A DNA stretch of 26,638 nt from an uncultured Erysipelotrichaceae bacterium (GTDB lineage Bacteria; Bacillota_I; Bacilli_A; RF39; UBA660): positions 1 through 26,638 of the forward strand of contig CACZQZ010000004.1 in the NCBI GenBank assembly GCA_902783405.1, read 5' to 3'. Below the pieces are notes generated by a model that did not search any database, had not been told where the DNA came from, and worked only from the letters and a program-made list of their open reading frames with translations. Position 1 is the first letter of the stretch. The number at the start of each line of letters is the position of its first letter. Positions 24,347-26,638 of this stretch are shown in pieces. A program made the translations under genes and the position numbers.

Positions 24347-26116
24347 ATGGTGTTTAGAAAGAATATGTTTCAACTATTAAAATATAATATAAAAACTTTA
24401 GTAGCGTTTGAAGTAATTTATAAGACAATAACGTTATTATTGTTTATTTTTATTTCAGTGAATGGTTTTAATTTAACTTTACAACATACTGGAGATTACT
24501 ATCTTTCGATTCAAAACTTAAATTCTGTTATTCAAAGTAATGAAGCTTTTTTATATTTTTTAGTTTTATTTGTTTTCATTATTTTAACAGAAATTTATCA
24601 TACTACAGCTCTTATTCTTTTGTTTGATTCTTCGTACCAAAGAGAAAAAATGAAATTAAAAAATCTTTTCTTAATTACTAATGTTAAATGTCTACAGCTA
24701 CTTAATTTAAAAAATATTCTGTTTTGTATTTTATTTTTATTTATTTTAATTTACTGTAAATTTAATCATGCCGAATATTTATTATATATTATAAATATAT
24801 TTCAAAAGTATAAGTTCATATTTTATATTATATTTTTTGTTTTAATTGCATTTCTATTAAAAAGAAAATATATATTTCATTTTATTCTTCTTGAAGATAT
24901 GCGATTTAATAAATCAAAGAAAAATAGTATAAAACTTACAAAATATCATTTTACAGAAGATTTATTCTCTTTATTTTTAACATTTTTATTTATTATTATT
25001 TTGTTTTATATTATGTATATATTAACATATCATTATTTGAATATTCCAAAAGTGTTAGATAATTTAAGTATCACTATAATCTGGTGTATTATTCTTATTG
25101 CTATAACTATTTTTTTAAGTTTATCAAAGATTTTATATTACCTAACTATTGGTACTTTATTTTATAAGCAAAAAATTGAAAAAGGAGACTTAGTTGATAT
25201 CAATACATATGAAGATATTACAAGTCATAAAGCATATAAACTATTTATAGGTGTATTATTTTTAATTGTTATTTTTATTACTATTAAATCAGCAGATTAT
25301 ACTTATCAAATTATGGAAGGAAACGTTAATTTTCAAACAGAACATATAAATAGAGTAGAAGTTACAGCACATCGTGGAGCAAGCTTGGATTATCCAGAAA
25401 ATACCATGAGTGCCTTTAAAGGGGCAAAAAAATTAGGGGCTGAATGGATTGAACTTGATGTACAACAAACCAAAGATGGTAAAATCATTGTATTTCATGA
25501 TGGTGAATTCACTAGAGTTTCTGGGGTGGATACAAGACCACTGGAAGTTCCATATCATGTTATTAAACGTTATGATGCAGGAAGATATTTTGATAAAAAA
25601 TTTGACGGAGAAAAAATCCCATTACTCGAAGATGTAATTTTATTTGCAAAAAATAATAATATGAAATTAATTATTGAATTAAAAACATATAACAAAAATG
25701 AAGACTTTGAAAAAAAAGTTCTTGATATAATTAAAACATACGAATATGAAAAAAAATGTATTATAGCGTCTGGCTCATATGAATCTTTAGAAAAAGTTAA
25801 AAATATAAGTAGTGAAATAAAAACATATTATATTAGTTATGAAGTAGATGATGAATTTATAAATTCAAGTAATATTGATGGCTTTTGTGTGGAAAACTCT
25901 GTTATAGATGAAACTCTTGTAAATAAAATACATAATTTGGATAAAAAAATATGGACATGGACTGTTGATTCAGAAGAAACTCTTAATCACATGATTGATT
26001 TAAAAGTGGATAATATAATTACAAATGATATTACATTAACTAATAGAATTTTAAAAGAAAAAAAAGTAAATGATAGAAAAAAAGAATCTGAAATCACTAA
26101 AAAAATATTTCAATAA
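24347..26116 (+). CDS. Glycerophosphodiester phosphodiesterase with N-terminal membrane domain
   Basis: Multiple TM segments, then TAHRGAS, PENTMSAF, IELDVQQTKDG, VFHD, IELK, WTVD, IITND. Confidence 0.93.
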   Translation: MVFRKNMFQLLKYNIKTLVAFEVIYKTITLLLFIFISVNGFNLTLQHTGDYYLSIQNLNSVIQSNEAFLYFLVLFVFIILTEIYHTTALILLFDSSYQREKMKLKNLFLITNVKCLQLLNLKNILFCILFLFILIYCKFNHAEYLLYIINIFQKYKFIFYIIFFVLIAFLLKRKYIFHFILLEDMRFNKSKKNSIKLTKYHFTEDLFSLFLTFLFIIILFYIMYILTYHYLNIPKVLDNLSITIIWCIILIAITIFLSLSKILYYLTIGTLFYKQKIEKGDLVDINTYEDITSHKAYKLFIGVLFLIVIFITIKSADYTYQIMEGNVNFQTEHINRVEVTAHRGASLDYPENTMSAFKGAKKLGAEWIELDVQQTKDGKIIVFHDGEFTRVSGVDTRPLEVPYHVIKRYDAGRYFDKKFDGEKIPLLEDVILFAKNNNMKLIIELKTYNKNEDFEKKVLDIIKTYEYEKKCIIASGSYESLEKVKNISSEIKTYYISYEVDDEFINSSNIDGFCVENSVIDETLVNKIHNLDKKIWTWTVDSEETLNHMIDLKVDNIITNDITLTNRILKEKKVNDRKKESEITKKIFQ

Positions 26117-26160
26117 TTATATAATAAAAAAGATAATTCAATTATATTCACTATGAAAGT

Positions 26161-26189
26161 TTGGATTTTTCTTTTTTTTTTGATATAAT
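26161..26189 (+). promoter_or_regulatory. Promoter for the ABC ATPase with a poly-T spacer
   Basis: TTGGAT (26161-26166), 17 nt spacer containing T10 (26172-26181), TG-a-TATAAT (26184-26189). Confidence 0.7.
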
Positions 26190-26207
26190 ATTTCTGGAAG
26201 GTGACGT

Positions 26208-26638
26208 ATGAAAAAATCAGAAAATGCTATTATCGTTGAAGATGTGTATAAAGATTTTAAAATATACTATGATAAAGCAAATAGTTTAAAAGAAAAATTG
26301 ATTTTTTGGAATAGAAATCAAAATGAAAAATTACATATTTTAAAAGGAATAAATTTAGAGATAAAGCAAGGAGAAACTGTTGGATTAATTGGAACAAATG
26401 GTAGTGGAAAAAGTACCTTGTTAAAATTAATGACAAAGATAATTTATCCAAACAAAGGAAAAATCACTGTTAATGGTAAATTAGCATCACTTCTAGAATT
26501 AGGTGCAGGTTTTCATCCCGATTTTTCAGGTAGAGAAAACATTTATTTCAATGCTTCTATTTTTGGAATGACGAAAAAAGAAATTGATAATAGATTAGAA
26601 AAAATTATCAAATTCTCAGAATTAGAGGAATTTATTGA
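26208..26638 (+). CDS. Polysaccharide/teichoic acid export ABC transporter ATP-binding protein (Wzt/TagH-like), truncated by the window end; not in ORF track
   Basis: MKKSENAIIVEDVYKDF...GLIGTNGSGKSTLLK...LLELGAGFHPDFSGRENI. RBS AAGGTGA. Confidence 0.93.
   Translation, partial: MKKSENAIIVEDVYKDFKIYYDKANSLKEKLIFWNRNQNEKLHILKGINLEIKQGETVGLIGTNGSGKSTLLKLMTKIIYPNKGKITVNGKLASLLELGAGFHPDFSGRENIYFNASIFGMTKKEIDNRLEKIIKFSELEEFI

Noticed and set aside
16447-26451. ORFs 16447-16686(-), 25449-25637(+), 26257-26451(-)
   Set aside because: Shadow ORFs within the kinase, GDPD and ABC ATPase genes.
1-26638. tRNA, rRNA, CRISPR array, IS/integrase or att sites bounding the cluster
   Set aside because: No cloverleaf, regularly spaced repeats, transposase/integrase motifs or clear flanking direct repeats were seen by eye. 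A dedicated scan could still find weak ones.

Overview
Very AT-rich bacterial chromosome segment read in genetic code 11. Gene content and protein style suggest a reduced-genome Bacillota/Bacilli, possibly an RF39-like gut lineage (inference only). Left to right: hypothetical ORF and thrS; a promoter, 21-codon leader ORF and terminator ahead of a truncated RelA/SpoT homologue whose synthetase site looks inactivated; an ~8 kb, 7-gene enzyme cluster (3885-12079); three small hypothetical ORFs; an AMP-dependent ligase; an orphan hybrid histidine kinase; gltX; a PRTase-HAD fusion; and a surface-glycan locus (2x GT2, PssD/PssE pair, polysaccharide deacetylase, membrane GDPD, Wzt/TagH-like ATPase cut by the window end). 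The enzyme cluster encodes a divergent archaeal-type class Ic (Trp/Tyr) aaRS-like protein, an atypical Cof-type HAD, a TrpRS-II-type trpS, a divergently transcribed nucleotidyltransferase plus HPr-kinase-like pair, an aldo/keto reductase and a HAD fused to a TrpD-like phosphoribosyltransferase. It is the best candidate for an undescribed system: a possible pathway for an aminoacyl-nucleoside or Trp-analogue metabolite with an embedded trpS as possible self-protection. No rRNA, tRNA, CRISPR array, transposase or integrase was recognised. All family calls come from motif recognition by eye; no database searches or folding programs were run.
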